The position numbers were made by a program, and so were the translations under genes. A DNA stretch of 35,208 nucleotides, from contig CAYWVL010000003.1 of NCBI GenBank assembly GCA_964461975.1, positions 1-35,208 on the forward strand. Reading direction: 5' to 3'. Numbering within the stretch: position 1 is the first letter of the stretch; every line of letters begins with the position of its first letter. The stretch comes from an uncultured Bdellovibrionales bacterium (GTDB lineage Bacteria; Patescibacteriota; Minisyncoccia; Moranbacterales; UBA1568). Shown one piece after another: positions 15,988 through 25,502 of this stretch. The notes beneath the pieces were generated by a model. It made no database searches and was not told the origin of the DNA. It saw only the letters and a program-made list of their open reading frames with translations.

Positions 15988-17577
15988 CTACCAGTGGAAC
16001 CACTTCTTGGGGCGGCGATAGACATGGCCCGCCCGGTCTCCCGCGTACTTCCCCTGGACGATTGTCGGGACGCCATTGACCAGGACCCACTCCATACCCA
16101 CAGCGTACTGGTACGGATTCTCCATCGTCGCCTGGTCGGCAATCCGGCCCGGGTCAAAAACAGCGATATCAGCCGCGTTGCCGACAGCCAGGAGTCCGCG
16201 ATCGGCCAGACCGAACTTTTGAGCAGGCTTCCCTGTCATCTTGTATACGGCTTCCTCCCATGAGAGATCCTGCCGATGACGCACGTATTCAGCAAAGATC
16301 TTCGGGAAGGTGCCAAAATTCCTCGGATGTACTTTATCGCCGGTAGCCGCATGCTCGGTGGCATACCCAGACCCATTGGAGCTGATGATCGAGAAGGGGT
16401 GCTGGATCGCCTTGAGCACGTTCTTCTCGGAAAGCGATTCGATGGCGACGATCGCCCGTCCCTCGCTCGCCATCAGGAGCTCGATGACGACTTCTTCGGG
16501 ACTCTTGGCATGGAGCGCCGCGATCTCAGAGACTTTCCGCCGAGAGAGCATCGCCCCCAGCCCAGAAACCGAGATAGTCATGGAAGAATAGTCCACGCCG
16601 TTCTTCTGCATTTCCTGGATGACGGTGGCTCGGACTTTCTCATCTCGCAGCCGGGCCAGCATGAGCTTGCGGCCGTTCTCGGTGATCCAAGTCGGGAGAA
16701 ACGTATAGAGGACAGACCCGGTCACGGTGTATGGATAGACATCGAAGGAAATATCGAGATTGTTGAGCGCCGCGGCTTCGATGAGGTTGAAAACTTCGTC
16801 CATGAGATGCCAATTCTCGCGACCAACCGCCTTGAGATGAGAGATATGGAGCGGCACCTGGGTCTTCTGGGCTACGGTGATGGCTTCTTCCACCGCTTTA
16901 ACGAGCGCATCGCCTTCATTGCGCACATAGGTCGCGTAGACGCCGCCTTCGCTCTTCACCAGTTCGACCAGCTTGAGAATCTCGTTGATATGCGCTCCCC
17001 GGGCATGTGTGTAGAGGAGACCGGTCGAGAAGCCGATTGCTCCGGAATGGAACGAGGACTTGAGGAGGTCTTCCATGACCCGGACTTCCTCGTCATGGAT
17101 CGGACGGGTCTCATCCTGCATCGCTCCCCGGCGGAGCGTTCCATGCCCGACAAGGGTCGCGAAGTTGACGGCTGGCTGGCGTTTCTCGACGGCCGCGAGA
17201 AACTCTGACATGGAGAGCCAGTTGAAATTGATGGTATCGACATCCGTCCACTTCTGGATGGAACGGATATTCTCGGGTCGGGTCAGCGGCGCCAACGACG
17301 CTCCCGAATTGCCGCCGACAATAGTCGTCACGCCCTGATAGAGGAGGCTCTCGAGGCTCGGATTGGCCATGAGCGCCCAGTAGGTATCGGAGTGATTGTT
17401 GACATCGATGAAACCCGGGGTGACGTAGCGGCCGGTCGCGTCGATACTACGTTCAGCGCTCCCGACCACCTCGCCGAGCGCGGTAATCCGACCATCGCGT
17501 ACGCCGACATCCCCGGAAAACATCGGTTTCCCGGAGCCATCGATGAGCGTTCCCCCGCGGATGACGACATCGTACAT
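15988..17577 (-). CDS. N-acyl-D-amino-acid deacylase (D-aminoacylase) family amidohydrolase homolog with a degenerate metal site
   Basis: Family motifs are MYDVVIRGGTLIDGSG, TPGFID, QGVTTIVGGN, GGVYAT, ISH-K, YPY and HPRNFGTFP. I prefer the ATG at 17577 over the TTG at 17586. The findings give the ligand substitutions. Confidence 0.8.
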   Translation of the reverse strand: MYDVVIRGGTLIDGSGKPMFSGDVGVRDGRITALGEVVGSAERSIDATGRYVTPGFIDVNNHSDTYWALMANPSLESLLYQGVTTIVGGNSGASLAPLTRPENIRSIQKWTDVDTINFNWLSMSEFLAAVEKRQPAVNFATLVGHGTLRRGAMQDETRPIHDEEVRVMEDLLKSSFHSGAIGFSTGLLYTHARGAHINEILKLVELVKSEGGVYATYVRNEGDALVKAVEEAITVAQKTQVPLHISHLKAVGRENWHLMDEVFNLIEAAALNNLDISFDVYPYTVTGSVLYTFLPTWITENGRKLMLARLRDEKVRATVIQEMQKNGVDYSSMTISVSGLGAMLSRRKVSEIAALHAKSPEEVVIELLMASEGRAIVAIESLSEKNVLKAIQHPFSIISSNGSGYATEHAATGDKVHPRNFGTFPKIFAEYVRHRQDLSWEEAVYKMTGKPAQKFGLADRGLLAVGNAADIAVFDPGRIADQATMENPYQYAVGMEWVLVNGVPTIVQGKYAGDRAGHVYRRPKKWFHW

Positions 17578-17582
17578 AGCAA

Positions 17583-18608
17583 TCAAGCAGCTCGAGGAGT
17601 CAGCAAAAGCGCCATCTCGACGAGTCGGTTAGAGTAACCCCATTCGTTATCATACCACGCGACGATTTTCACGAGATCACCATCGATCACCTTGGTGAGC
17701 GAGAGATCGACGATGCTCGAATGCGGATCGCCGATGAAGTCCGATGAAACGAGCGGTTCGTTTGTGACGGCCAGCACATGGGCATAGCGCGGATTGCGAC
17801 TGGCTTCCGTCAGCACGCTGTTGATCTCTTCAACTGTAGTCTTCTGCTTGAGGAGGAGGACACAGTCGGAAACCGACACGACGATGGTCGGCACGCGAAT
17901 CGAGAGGCCGTCGAAACGCCCTTTGAGCTCGGGCAATACCTGGGTTACCGCGATGGCGGCTCCCGTCGTCGTCGGCACGATATTGTGCGCGGCTGCCCGC
18001 GCCCGGCGCAGGTCTTTGTGCGGCCCGTCCTGAAGGCTCTGGTCGGCGGTATAGGAATGCACCGTCGTCATGAGAGCTTTGTCGATACCGAAGCGCGCGT
18101 GGATGATCTCGGCGATCGGCGCCAATGAATTCGTCGTGCAGGAAGCATTGGAGATGACGGTCTCATTCTGATATGCCTCCGCATTCACCCCGATCAGGTA
18201 GGTTGGGAGCGATCCGTCTTCTCCTTTGGCAGGCGCGGAGAGGACCACCCGCTTGGCGCCGGCCGCCACATGTGCGCTCGCTGAATCCTTATCGGTAAAT
18301 CGGCCCGTACATTCGAGCACCACATCCACAGACAGCTCCTTCCATGGCAGCTTGGTGGGATCGGGCTCGGCGTAGACCGGGTAGGCTTGCCCTCCTACCA
18401 CAAGCTTCCCCGCTTCGACGGAGACCGGCTTCTTGTACTTGCCATAGGCCGTATCATGCGCCAACAAGTGCGCGAGGATCTCTGGCTCAGTCAGATCATT
18501 GATCGCGACAATCTCAATCGATGGCTTCTCCAGCGCGATCTTGAACGCAGCTCGGCCGATCCTGCCGAACCCGTTGATAGCTACTCGCAAACGCGATCCA
18601 TCCGACAT
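17583..18608 (-). CDS. gap: type I glyceraldehyde-3-phosphate dehydrogenase
   Basis: Motifs are INGFGRIGR, the SNASCTTN active site and WYDNEWGYSNR. Confidence 0.96.
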   Translation of the reverse strand: MSDGSRLRVAINGFGRIGRAAFKIALEKPSIEIVAINDLTEPEILAHLLAHDTAYGKYKKPVSVEAGKLVVGGQAYPVYAEPDPTKLPWKELSVDVVLECTGRFTDKDSASAHVAAGAKRVVLSAPAKGEDGSLPTYLIGVNAEAYQNETVISNASCTTNSLAPIAEIIHARFGIDKALMTTVHSYTADQSLQDGPHKDLRRARAAAHNIVPTTTGAAIAVTQVLPELKGRFDGLSIRVPTIVVSVSDCVLLLKQKTTVEEINSVLTEASRNPRYAHVLAVTNEPLVSSDFIGDPHSSIVDLSLTKVIDGDLVKIVAWYDNEWGYSNRLVEMALLLTPRAA

Positions 18609-18627
18609 AGGTGTATCAGCTAATGAA

Positions 18628-19503
18628 TTAGTGCATGTGACCGCCAGCCCTGCCGTGAGAGCCGAAGAGTTCCATCTTCGCCTTTACAGCCTCCTTGAAT
18701 GCTTCACGTGCGGGCATGAGGATGCGTCGGATATCGACCGCGTCATTGTCCGGCAACGTGCGCCGGAGCGTCTCAATGAAGGCAGTCTTGGTCGCGGTTT
18801 CGACATTGAAGCACGTGATACCGAGTTCGATCGCTCTCCTCACATTGGCCGCTTCCCAATCGGAAGCCCCATGGAGAACAAGCGGGAGATCGAGCCGTTC
18901 CCGGATAGCGACCAGTCGATCAAAATCCGGCGCCGGTCGTTCGGGAAAGCTGCCATGAGCGTTCCCGATGGCAACAGCAAGGGTATCGACCCCGGTGGCA
19001 CGAACGTACGCCTCGGCCTGGGCGGGATTGGTCATGAATTTGTCCCAATCGATATGCTCAAGATCGGTCACCTCGCCCTTATATGGGACATTGCCGAGCT
19101 CCCCTTGGACGACCGCGCCCTTCGCGTGTGCCTCCTTGACGATTTCAGTCGTCATGGCGACGTTCTCCTCATAAGCGAGTGTCGAGGCATCCATCATCAC
19201 CGATTTGAACCCGATCGCCAGCGCTTCCCGCACCACCGCCATATTGCGCCCGTGATCGAGATGGATCGAGAGCGGGATATCCGGAAAGGAGAAATCCGCG
19301 AGGTTTTTGACGAGGTGGTACATCGCTTGCCCGCCACCGTACTGAAACGTCTTCTCGGTCATCTGAATAATCGCGGGAGAAGCACACTCGGCAGCAGCCT
19401 CAAGAATCGCGCGAGTGGTCTCGAGATTGACCGTATTGAAAGCGCCCAGTGCGTAGCCGTGGTTCTTCGCTTCGAGCAGTAGTTTCTTTGAAGATACGAG
19501 CAT
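18628..19503 (-). CDS. fba: class II fructose-bisphosphate aldolase
   Basis: Motifs are GYALGAFN, SIHLDHG and AIGNAHG, with LVLHGAS typical of the class II FBA/tagatose-BP aldolase family. Confidence 0.9.
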   Translation of the reverse strand: MLVSSKKLLLEAKNHGYALGAFNTVNLETTRAILEAAAECASPAIIQMTEKTFQYGGGQAMYHLVKNLADFSFPDIPLSIHLDHGRNMAVVREALAIGFKSVMMDASTLAYEENVAMTTEIVKEAHAKGAVVQGELGNVPYKGEVTDLEHIDWDKFMTNPAQAEAYVRATGVDTLAVAIGNAHGSFPERPAPDFDRLVAIRERLDLPLVLHGASDWEAANVRRAIELGITCFNVETATKTAFIETLRRTLPDNDAVDIRRILMPAREAFKEAVKAKMELFGSHGRAGGHMH

Positions 19504-19512
19504 AGAGAAACG

Positions 19513-20310
19513 TCAGTCTTTGAAATGCTGCTCGACCAGCTCCATCATCTTCACGAGCTCCCGAGGAAACAAACTTTCCTTCCCTACCAAGACACCGTCC
19601 ATCTCCGCCTCCCAGGATACCGATCCGAGGTTCGCCGTGTTGACCGAACCTCCATAGAGAACGCCGATGCGGTCTGCGAGTGCCGCGCTGAAGCGCTCAG
19701 TGAACCATTTGCGCAAAAAGACCTTGACTTGGAAGATCTCGGTGGTCGTGGGTATGGCGCCGGTCCCGCTCGAGCTGATCGCCCAGACCGGCTCATATGC
19801 GACGATGATTTTCTCCGCCTGCATATTCGACAATCCGCCATAGACAGCCTCGAGCTGCCTCCCGACGACATCGGTCGTATCTCCCGCTTGACGTTCAGCC
19901 TCCGACTCTCCGACGCACACGATCGGTACTAGGCCGTTCTGTAGCGCTGCTTCGACCTTGCGGCGGACAATCGCGTCGGTTTCGCCGAAATCACGCCGGC
20001 GCTCGCTGTGCCCGAGAATGACCGTCGTCACCCCGGTTTGTTTGAGCATAACCGGCGATATCGATCCAGTATGCGCACCGCTCTTCTCCCAGTGCATATC
20101 CTGCGCGCCAAGCGAAAAGTGGGCAGGCAGGTGGCTGAATCGGGAAAGCTGGACATAGGGCGGTGCGATCACCCCGGTCGCGTGATGGAAGTGCTTTCCA
20201 TAGGCAGCTTTGCGCAATTCCGAAAGGTAATGCTCCCCGTCTTTCTCGGAAGAGAGGTTCATCTTCAGGTTACCGACCACGAGAAAGGGGTGCATAGCTC
20301 CGTCAGACAT
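19513..20310 (-). CDS. tpiA: triose-phosphate isomerase
   Basis: Motifs are VVGNLKMN, ILGHSERR, AYEPVWAI and YGGSV. An alternative ATG at 20295 (MHPFLVVGN) would give the more typical N-terminal length. The 20310 start overlaps the upstream stop by 8 nt. Confidence 0.93.
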   Translation of the reverse strand: MSDGAMHPFLVVGNLKMNLSSEKDGEHYLSELRKAAYGKHFHHATGVIAPPYVQLSRFSHLPAHFSLGAQDMHWEKSGAHTGSISPVMLKQTGVTTVILGHSERRRDFGETDAIVRRKVEAALQNGLVPIVCVGESEAERQAGDTTDVVGRQLEAVYGGLSNMQAEKIIVAYEPVWAISSSGTGAIPTTTEIFQVKVFLRKWFTERFSAALADRIGVLYGGSVNTANLGSVSWEAEMDGVLVGKESLFPRELVKMMELVEQHFKD

Positions 20311-21337
20311 GCTGCTCTAGCTGCGCACGGAGATACTCTGCAGCGACTTCAGGCTGGATTGTCGAAAGCTCGATACCCGTCGCCAGCTCAAGGCCGGCCC
20401 ACACGCTCGTCCGAGGAATGATAGCGATATGCCACTGGAAGTGAGCCGCATCCTGACCGGAAGCCGGAGCGGTATTGATATAGAAATTGTATGGAGGATT
20501 CTCGAGACCGAAGGAGAGCGCTTGGAGCGCTTTCTGGAGCGCCTCGCCGCATGTAAACTTCTCCTCGTCCGTGATGCGCTCGAAGTATGGATTGGGCCGC
20601 TTGCCCACCACCCAGAGCTCGAAAGCTGAGCGCGACGCGAATGGTGCAAAAACGACGAAATCCTCATTCTCGAAGACGAGCCGCTTCTTCACCGAACGCT
20701 CGTACTCGACCATCATGGAGTACACTCGCTCATGGTGGCTCTGATAGAAGTGCTCGGCACCGTCGAGAATGCTCTTGACGTACGGGGCGACGACCGGCAA
20801 GGCCATGATCTGGGAATGCGGGTGGGCTATCGAAGCGCCAGCCTCCTTGCCATGATTGTGGAAGATCTGGATGTATTTGACGCTTGCTTTATTCATGAGA
20901 GCGAGATACCGGTCCTGGTAGGCGTCGAGCACCTCGGCCACCTGCCATGGCTCAAGGAGCGCCAAGTGCCGCTTCGGATCGCGCGTCACCACGAGTTCAT
21001 GGTATCCGACACCGCTCATGGCGAAGTACGGGCCCTCTTCCAAAGAGCGCGCTGCACGGCCGCGAGAGACTGCTGGATACTTATTGGGGAAGACTCGCAA
21101 GCTCCAATCATCTTCACCACGCCGGTAGATGAGCACATCCTTCTCTTGGCCGGACTCCTCCGGGTGTTCGAAGAGGCTTGGTCCGTCATCCTCAAGGGCG
21201 CGGTCCTTCACGACGAACTCGTCGGGGCGTTTCGCTCGACCAGTCGCAATGATCACCCAATCGCCCGTCACCAGATCTTGGCGCAGTTCTGATTCGGTAG
21301 GCTTTCTGGACTTTTTGTTTTCTATTTCTATTTGCAT
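20303..21337 (-). CDS. GalT-like HIT-superfamily hexose-1-phosphate nucleotidyltransferase
   Basis: The ATG at 21337 gives MQIEIENKK.... Supporting motifs are RQDLVTGDWVIIATGRAKRP, FPNKYPA and the His-x-His-x-Gln nucleophile motif (AHPHSQIMALP). The upstream track extension overlaps the GT2 gene. Confidence 0.75.
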   Translation of the reverse strand: MQIEIENKKSRKPTESELRQDLVTGDWVIIATGRAKRPDEFVVKDRALEDDGPSLFEHPEESGQEKDVLIYRRGEDDWSLRVFPNKYPAVSRGRAARSLEEGPYFAMSGVGYHELVVTRDPKRHLALLEPWQVAEVLDAYQDRYLALMNKASVKYIQIFHNHGKEAGASIAHPHSQIMALPVVAPYVKSILDGAEHFYQSHHERVYSMMVEYERSVKKRLVFENEDFVVFAPFASRSAFELWVVGKRPNPYFERITDEEKFTCGEALQKALQALSFGLENPPYNFYINTAPASGQDAAHFQWHIAIIPRTSVWAGLELATGIELSTIQPEVAAEYLRAQLEQHV

Positions 21338-21354
21338 GCCGGTTGGGAGGTGAG

Positions 21355-22119
21355 TTACGACCGCACGCGCTGATAGCTCCCGATGCGGTAGCGGCCCGTC
21401 AGGAAGCGCCACTTCGTTTTGAAGAGATCGATCAGGACCTGGATATACCCGTTCGGACCGGTGAGGGTCACGGTCGATCCGGCTTCATTCATCCAACGCA
21501 CCGGAAGCTGTTCCACTTTGAATTTGAGCGCCTCGGCAATGGCAATCAGCTCGTAATCAAAACCGAAGCGGTCCACCACCATCCTGCTCGCCACCGCCTC
21601 GGCAGCCTCGGCAGACAACGCCTTGAAACCGCACTGCGTGTCGGGGAAACGCCACAGCCCGAGCACGATGCGGATCGCCCAATTCCCCATATCCCCGAGG
21701 ATTTCTTTCCAGCGCTGCTGATGCACCTGGATGAAGGCGCCGGGGATATCGCGCGAACCGATGACTACATCATACCCCTCGTCAAATTTCGGCAGAAACG
21801 CATCGAGGTGCGTGATGGAGGTCGAACCATCGGCATCGAGAAAGACTCGGTACTTCCCCTTCGCCTCTAAGAGACCCTGGCGCACGACGAATCCCTTGCC
21901 ATGGTTTTCCGGGTTCCCAATGACGCGCATGTGCGGAATCTGGAGCGCGTAATTTTTGGCCACTTCCGTCGTATTGTCTGGCGATCCATCATCCACGATG
22001 ATGATTTCGTACGTGTAGCTCTTATCTTTCAAATACTTGTCGATCTCGAGCAGGTTGCGCCCGATGCGCTCCCCTTCACGATACGCAGGAATAATAACAG
22101 AAAGGAAAGGCGTCTCCAT
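21355..22119 (-). CDS. GT2 family polyprenyl-phosphate sugar synthase (DPM1/Ppm1/ArnC/GtrB-like)
   Basis: The ATG at 22119 gives METPFLSVIIPAYREGERI. Supporting motifs are IIIVDDGSPDNT, FLDADGST and QCGFK. Confidence 0.85.
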   Translation of the reverse strand: METPFLSVIIPAYREGERIGRNLLEIDKYLKDKSYTYEIIIVDDGSPDNTTEVAKNYALQIPHMRVIGNPENHGKGFVVRQGLLEAKGKYRVFLDADGSTSITHLDAFLPKFDEGYDVVIGSRDIPGAFIQVHQQRWKEILGDMGNWAIRIVLGLWRFPDTQCGFKALSAEAAEAVASRMVVDRFGFDYELIAIAEALKFKVEQLPVRWMNEAGSTVTLTGPNGYIQVLIDLFKTKWRFLTGRYRIGSYQRVRS

Positions 22120-22157
22120 AGCAAAAAATAGCGGGTCAAGATTCCGGATTACACTGC

Positions 22158-22166
22158 TATTGTAGC
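22158..22166 (-). promoter_or_regulatory. extended -10 promoter element (TGcTACAAT) ahead of the GT2-galT-tpiA-fba-gap run
   Basis: The minus strand reads TGCTACAAT about 38 nt upstream of the GT2 ATG at 22119, in the 59-nt gap after ruvX. Confidence 0.45.
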
Positions 22167-22178
22167 ACACTCCGCCGT

Positions 22179-22592
22179 TTAGCGGCTCTCGCTCCGGTCA
22201 AGCCAATCCTGGAGCAGGATCTTAGCCGCTTCAGCATCGTCCTTCTGTGAGCTCTCTTTATACCCCTGGGCCACGAGGACATCCTGGGCCAGGCGGCTGG
22301 TAAACATCTCGTCGGCGAAGACGACTAGCAGCGCAAACCGTTCGGCAAGGCGCTCACCGAAGGCCTGCGCCGGATGCGGTGACTGACCCGCACTCTCGGA
22401 GCGACGTTTCGGAAGTCCGATCACTATGGTGCCAACCGCTTCATCATGGAGAATCCGTCGCAGAGTCGACTCGAGTGTCGCGTCATTGGGGAGCGTGGCA
22501 TAGGCCAAGGCGGTTTTCGTCTCGCCATGCGCCAGCGCGATCCCGAGCTTGGCGCTTCCCCAGTCGATGCCGAGATAATTCTGGCTCTTCAT
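22179..22592 (-). CDS. ruvX: Holliday junction resolvase-like protein RuvX/YqgF
   Basis: YLGIDWGSAKLGIALA at the N-terminus, IVIGLP and a length of about 137 aa. Confidence 0.85.
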   Translation of the reverse strand: MKSQNYLGIDWGSAKLGIALAHGETKTALAYATLPNDATLESTLRRILHDEAVGTIVIGLPKRRSESAGQSPHPAQAFGERLAERFALLVVFADEMFTSRLAQDVLVAQGYKESSQKDDAEAAKILLQDWLDRSESR

Positions 22593-22598
22593 ACTCGC

Positions 22599-23381
22599 CT
22601 AGACTGCCGTACGCGTCAGTACTTCGGCTCCAGTACGGGTGATGAGCACGGTATTTTCCCAGTGTGCCGCCAGTCGTCCATCACGCGTAACAAAAGCCCA
22701 GGCATCCGGAGCGAGCTCGACCGAGTAGTGGCCAGCTGTGATCATCGGCTCGAGCGCTACCACCATGCCTTCAATAAAGGTGAAATTTGGCAACCCGGAT
22801 CCGGCGTAGTTGGGAATCTGCGGCTCCTCATGGAGTTCGTGTCCGACGCCATGACCGACGAGATCCCGCACGCACTGGAACCCGGAGCGCTTGACGACCT
22901 GTTCAACCGCGGAAGCGTATTCCTCCATTTTCGCTCCATGGCGCAGTGTGGCGATGCCCGCCTCAAGAGACTGCTCGACGACTGCGGCGAGCTGCTTCGC
23001 TTCGGCTGTCACCTCACCGACCAAGACCGTCCGAGCCATGTCCGTCACGAGCCCTTGATAGCGCATACCGATATCTAGCTTGACGATGTCGCCAGACCGT
23101 ATGCTGCGGTCCGCTTTCGGAATACCATGGACGACTTCTTCATTGATCGAAATACAGACTGCCGCCGGAAAAGGTGGCGCGCCCCAGGCTTTGCCGTAGC
23201 CCATGAAAATAGGATCGGCACCGATAGCTCGGATTTTCGCTTCAGCCAACGCGCCGAGCTCACCGGTCGTGACTCCTGGCTTGACAGCAGTGATGAGTTC
23301 CGCGAGCACGCCAGCCAGGAGCCGTCCGCCGAGGCGGAGCGTCTCCTGTTCGGCTTCCGTTTTGACCCAGTGCTTTGCCAT
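22599..23381 (-). CDS. map: type I methionine aminopeptidase
   Basis: Motifs are EVVHGIP, GDIVKLDIG, the HGVGHELHE metal site and FVTRDG. Confidence 0.95.
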   Translation of the reverse strand: MAKHWVKTEAEQETLRLGGRLLAGVLAELITAVKPGVTTGELGALAEAKIRAIGADPIFMGYGKAWGAPPFPAAVCISINEEVVHGIPKADRSIRSGDIVKLDIGMRYQGLVTDMARTVLVGEVTAEAKQLAAVVEQSLEAGIATLRHGAKMEEYASAVEQVVKRSGFQCVRDLVGHGVGHELHEEPQIPNYAGSGLPNFTFIEGMVVALEPMITAGHYSVELAPDAWAFVTRDGRLAAHWENTVLITRTGAEVLTRTAV

Positions 23382-23384
23382 AGA

Positions 23385-24047
23385 CTATTCTGGACGCAAA
23401 TGCTCGAGAATATACTTGAATACCTTGTAAGTCTCCTGATTGCCATCAACAGCGAGCAGCTGCCCCGTTGATTGGAAATACTGGATGACCGGGAGCGTCT
23501 CCTGCCGGAAGATCTGATGCCGCTTCCGCACGCCTGCTTCAGTATCATCGGGCCGCTGGGCGATATGGCCGCCGCAGTATCGGCATGGCAGCGCCGCGTC
23601 ACGGAGGTTTTTTCCGAGAATATAGGAGCGTTTACAGCCATCGCATGAATAGCGCTTCGAGATACGCTCGACCGAAATCTCTTCGGGAACGTCGATAAAG
23701 ATCACTTTGTTGAGGGAGCGGCCAGTCTCCCCGAGCAGTTCGAGCGTTCGCGCGATCTGGCTCTCTCGGCGGGGGATGCCATCGATAAGAAGCCCTACCG
23801 TCTCGGGAACTGAACGGATCGCGTCCTCGAGAACGGCAAAAGCGACATCATCACTGGCGAACTCATGGCGCACATTGATGGCGTCATTGACCTGGCGCCC
23901 GAGCTCGGTATCATGCGACGCTACGGCGCGCAGTTCGGCGCCGATATCGATATGCACCAGATGGAGCGAACTCTTGAGGAGCTCGGCCTGGGTGCTCTTT
24001 CCGCTTCCGGCGGAACCGATCATGATATACGTGTCATGGTGTGACAT
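23385..24047 (-). CDS. adk: adenylate kinase with a zinc-lid
   Basis: The ATG at 24047 gives MSHHDTYIMIGSAGSGKSTQAELL (P-loop). The lid has CDGC...CRYC (CxxC-x16-CxxC). The position after secY is canonical. Confidence 0.9.
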   Translation of the reverse strand: MSHHDTYIMIGSAGSGKSTQAELLKSSLHLVHIDIGAELRAVASHDTELGRQVNDAINVRHEFASDDVAFAVLEDAIRSVPETVGLLIDGIPRRESQIARTLELLGETGRSLNKVIFIDVPEEISVERISKRYSCDGCKRSYILGKNLRDAALPCRYCGGHIAQRPDDTEAGVRKRHQIFRQETLPVIQYFQSTGQLLAVDGNQETYKVFKYILEHLRPE

Positions 24048-24132
24048 GGTTGTAGTGCTATTGATTGTTCGCTTCTCGCCCGAGACTCCGCGGCTACCGA
24101 ATTGACAGAGACGGCTCAGCAAAGCAGCCCCT

Positions 24133-25404
24133 TTAGAAATTCTCGTAGCTCCGCATCATGAGCTGGCTCTGCATATGCTTGACCAGCTCGAGAACAACCG
24201 ATACGACGATGAGGATGGAGACGCCGCCGATTGCGATGGCCTGGATCCCGGTCAGTCCCTGCACGATGATCGGAAGTACAGCGATCGCACCGAGAAAGAG
24301 CGCTCCGGTAAACGTAATCCGAGTAATGATGTGTGCCAAATGCTCTGCCGTCGAGTTCCCCGGCCGGACTCCGGGCACGTACCCGCCCTGTTTCTGGAGG
24401 TTCTCCGATATCTTGATCGGATCGAAGACTACGGCTGTGTAGAAGTACGTGAAGAGCACCACCAGGACGAAGTACATGATGCCGTACACCCACTGATCCT
24501 GCAGCAAGGTGGCCACCTTGACCGCCGCATTCGCTACAGTCGGATTGGCTGACTGCACGAGAAAATTGGCGATCATGGTCGGAATCAGGATGAGTGAGAC
24601 CGCGAAGATAATCGGGATCACGCCAGCCTGATTGACCTTCAGCGGGAGGTGGGTCGCCGTGCCGCCGTACACGCTCGCCCCTCGGACGCGCTTCGCGTAG
24701 GCAATCGGGACGATGCGCTGCCCCTCATTGATGAAGATCACAGCGGCAATCGTCAGCAGTCCGAGACCGAGAAAGAGCGCGTAGGTGAAGAACTGGGCCG
24801 GATCCCAGGTCGACAAGAAACGAGAGGCCGCTGTCGGCAGTGCCGCGACGATACCCGCAAAGATGAGCATTGATACGCCATTTCCCAATCCCTTCTCCGT
24901 GATGAGCTCGCCGAGCCACATGAGGAAGATGGTGCCGGCGGTCGCCGAGAGAATGATGACCGTCATGACAAAGGGGGAGATATCGCTCAAGATATTCTGC
25001 GATTGAAGCAGTGAGATCATACTGAAAGACTGGAGTCCAGCCAGCGGAACGGTCAGCCAGCGAGTGTACATATTGAACTTCTGCCTCCCCTGCTCCCCCT
25101 CTTCCTTGTAGAGCTTCTCCAGCCGAGGGAAAATCGTCTGCATCACCTGCATGATGATGGAAGCGGTGATATACGGCGCTACACCCAAGAGCATGAGCGA
25201 GATATTGGAGAGTCCTCCACCGGAGAAGATATTCAGGAGCCCGAGAAACGCATTGTCTTCGAAGAGTCGCCGCAGCTCCACCACGTCGACGCCGGGAAGC
25301 GGAATATTGGCAAAAAGACGATAGACAACCAATAGCGCCAGAATAAACAGGATCTTCTTGCGCAAATCGGGATTATGGAAAATATGAGCCAGAATGGCAA
25401 ACAT
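24133..25404 (-). CDS. secY: preprotein translocase subunit SecY
   Basis: 423 aa with a 10-TM pattern. Motifs are ILFILALLVVYRLFANIPLPGVD, LGVAPYITASIIMQ and GGYVPGVRPG. Confidence 0.97.
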   Translation of the reverse strand: MFAILAHIFHNPDLRKKILFILALLVVYRLFANIPLPGVDVVELRRLFEDNAFLGLLNIFSGGGLSNISLMLLGVAPYITASIIMQVMQTIFPRLEKLYKEEGEQGRQKFNMYTRWLTVPLAGLQSFSMISLLQSQNILSDISPFVMTVIILSATAGTIFLMWLGELITEKGLGNGVSMLIFAGIVAALPTAASRFLSTWDPAQFFTYALFLGLGLLTIAAVIFINEGQRIVPIAYAKRVRGASVYGGTATHLPLKVNQAGVIPIIFAVSLILIPTMIANFLVQSANPTVANAAVKVATLLQDQWVYGIMYFVLVVLFTYFYTAVVFDPIKISENLQKQGGYVPGVRPGNSTAEHLAHIITRITFTGALFLGAIAVLPIIVQGLTGIQAIAIGGVSILIVVSVVLELVKHMQSQLMMRSYENF

Positions 25405-25470
25405 AGGAGGGGCGGTCAGGCGGGAAAAGCGAAAACACCCTTATTCTAGGCCAAAAGAGCGGAAAAAGCA

Positions 25471-25502
25471 ATCCAAAAAACAAGGAGGCCTAAAAGGCCT
25501 CC
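25471..25502 (-). terminator. rho-independent terminator/attenuator between rplO and secY
   Basis: The stem GGAGGCC (25484..25490) pairs with GGCCTCC (25496..25502) around a 5-nt loop. On the minus strand it is followed by TTGTTTTTTGG. Confidence 0.55.
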
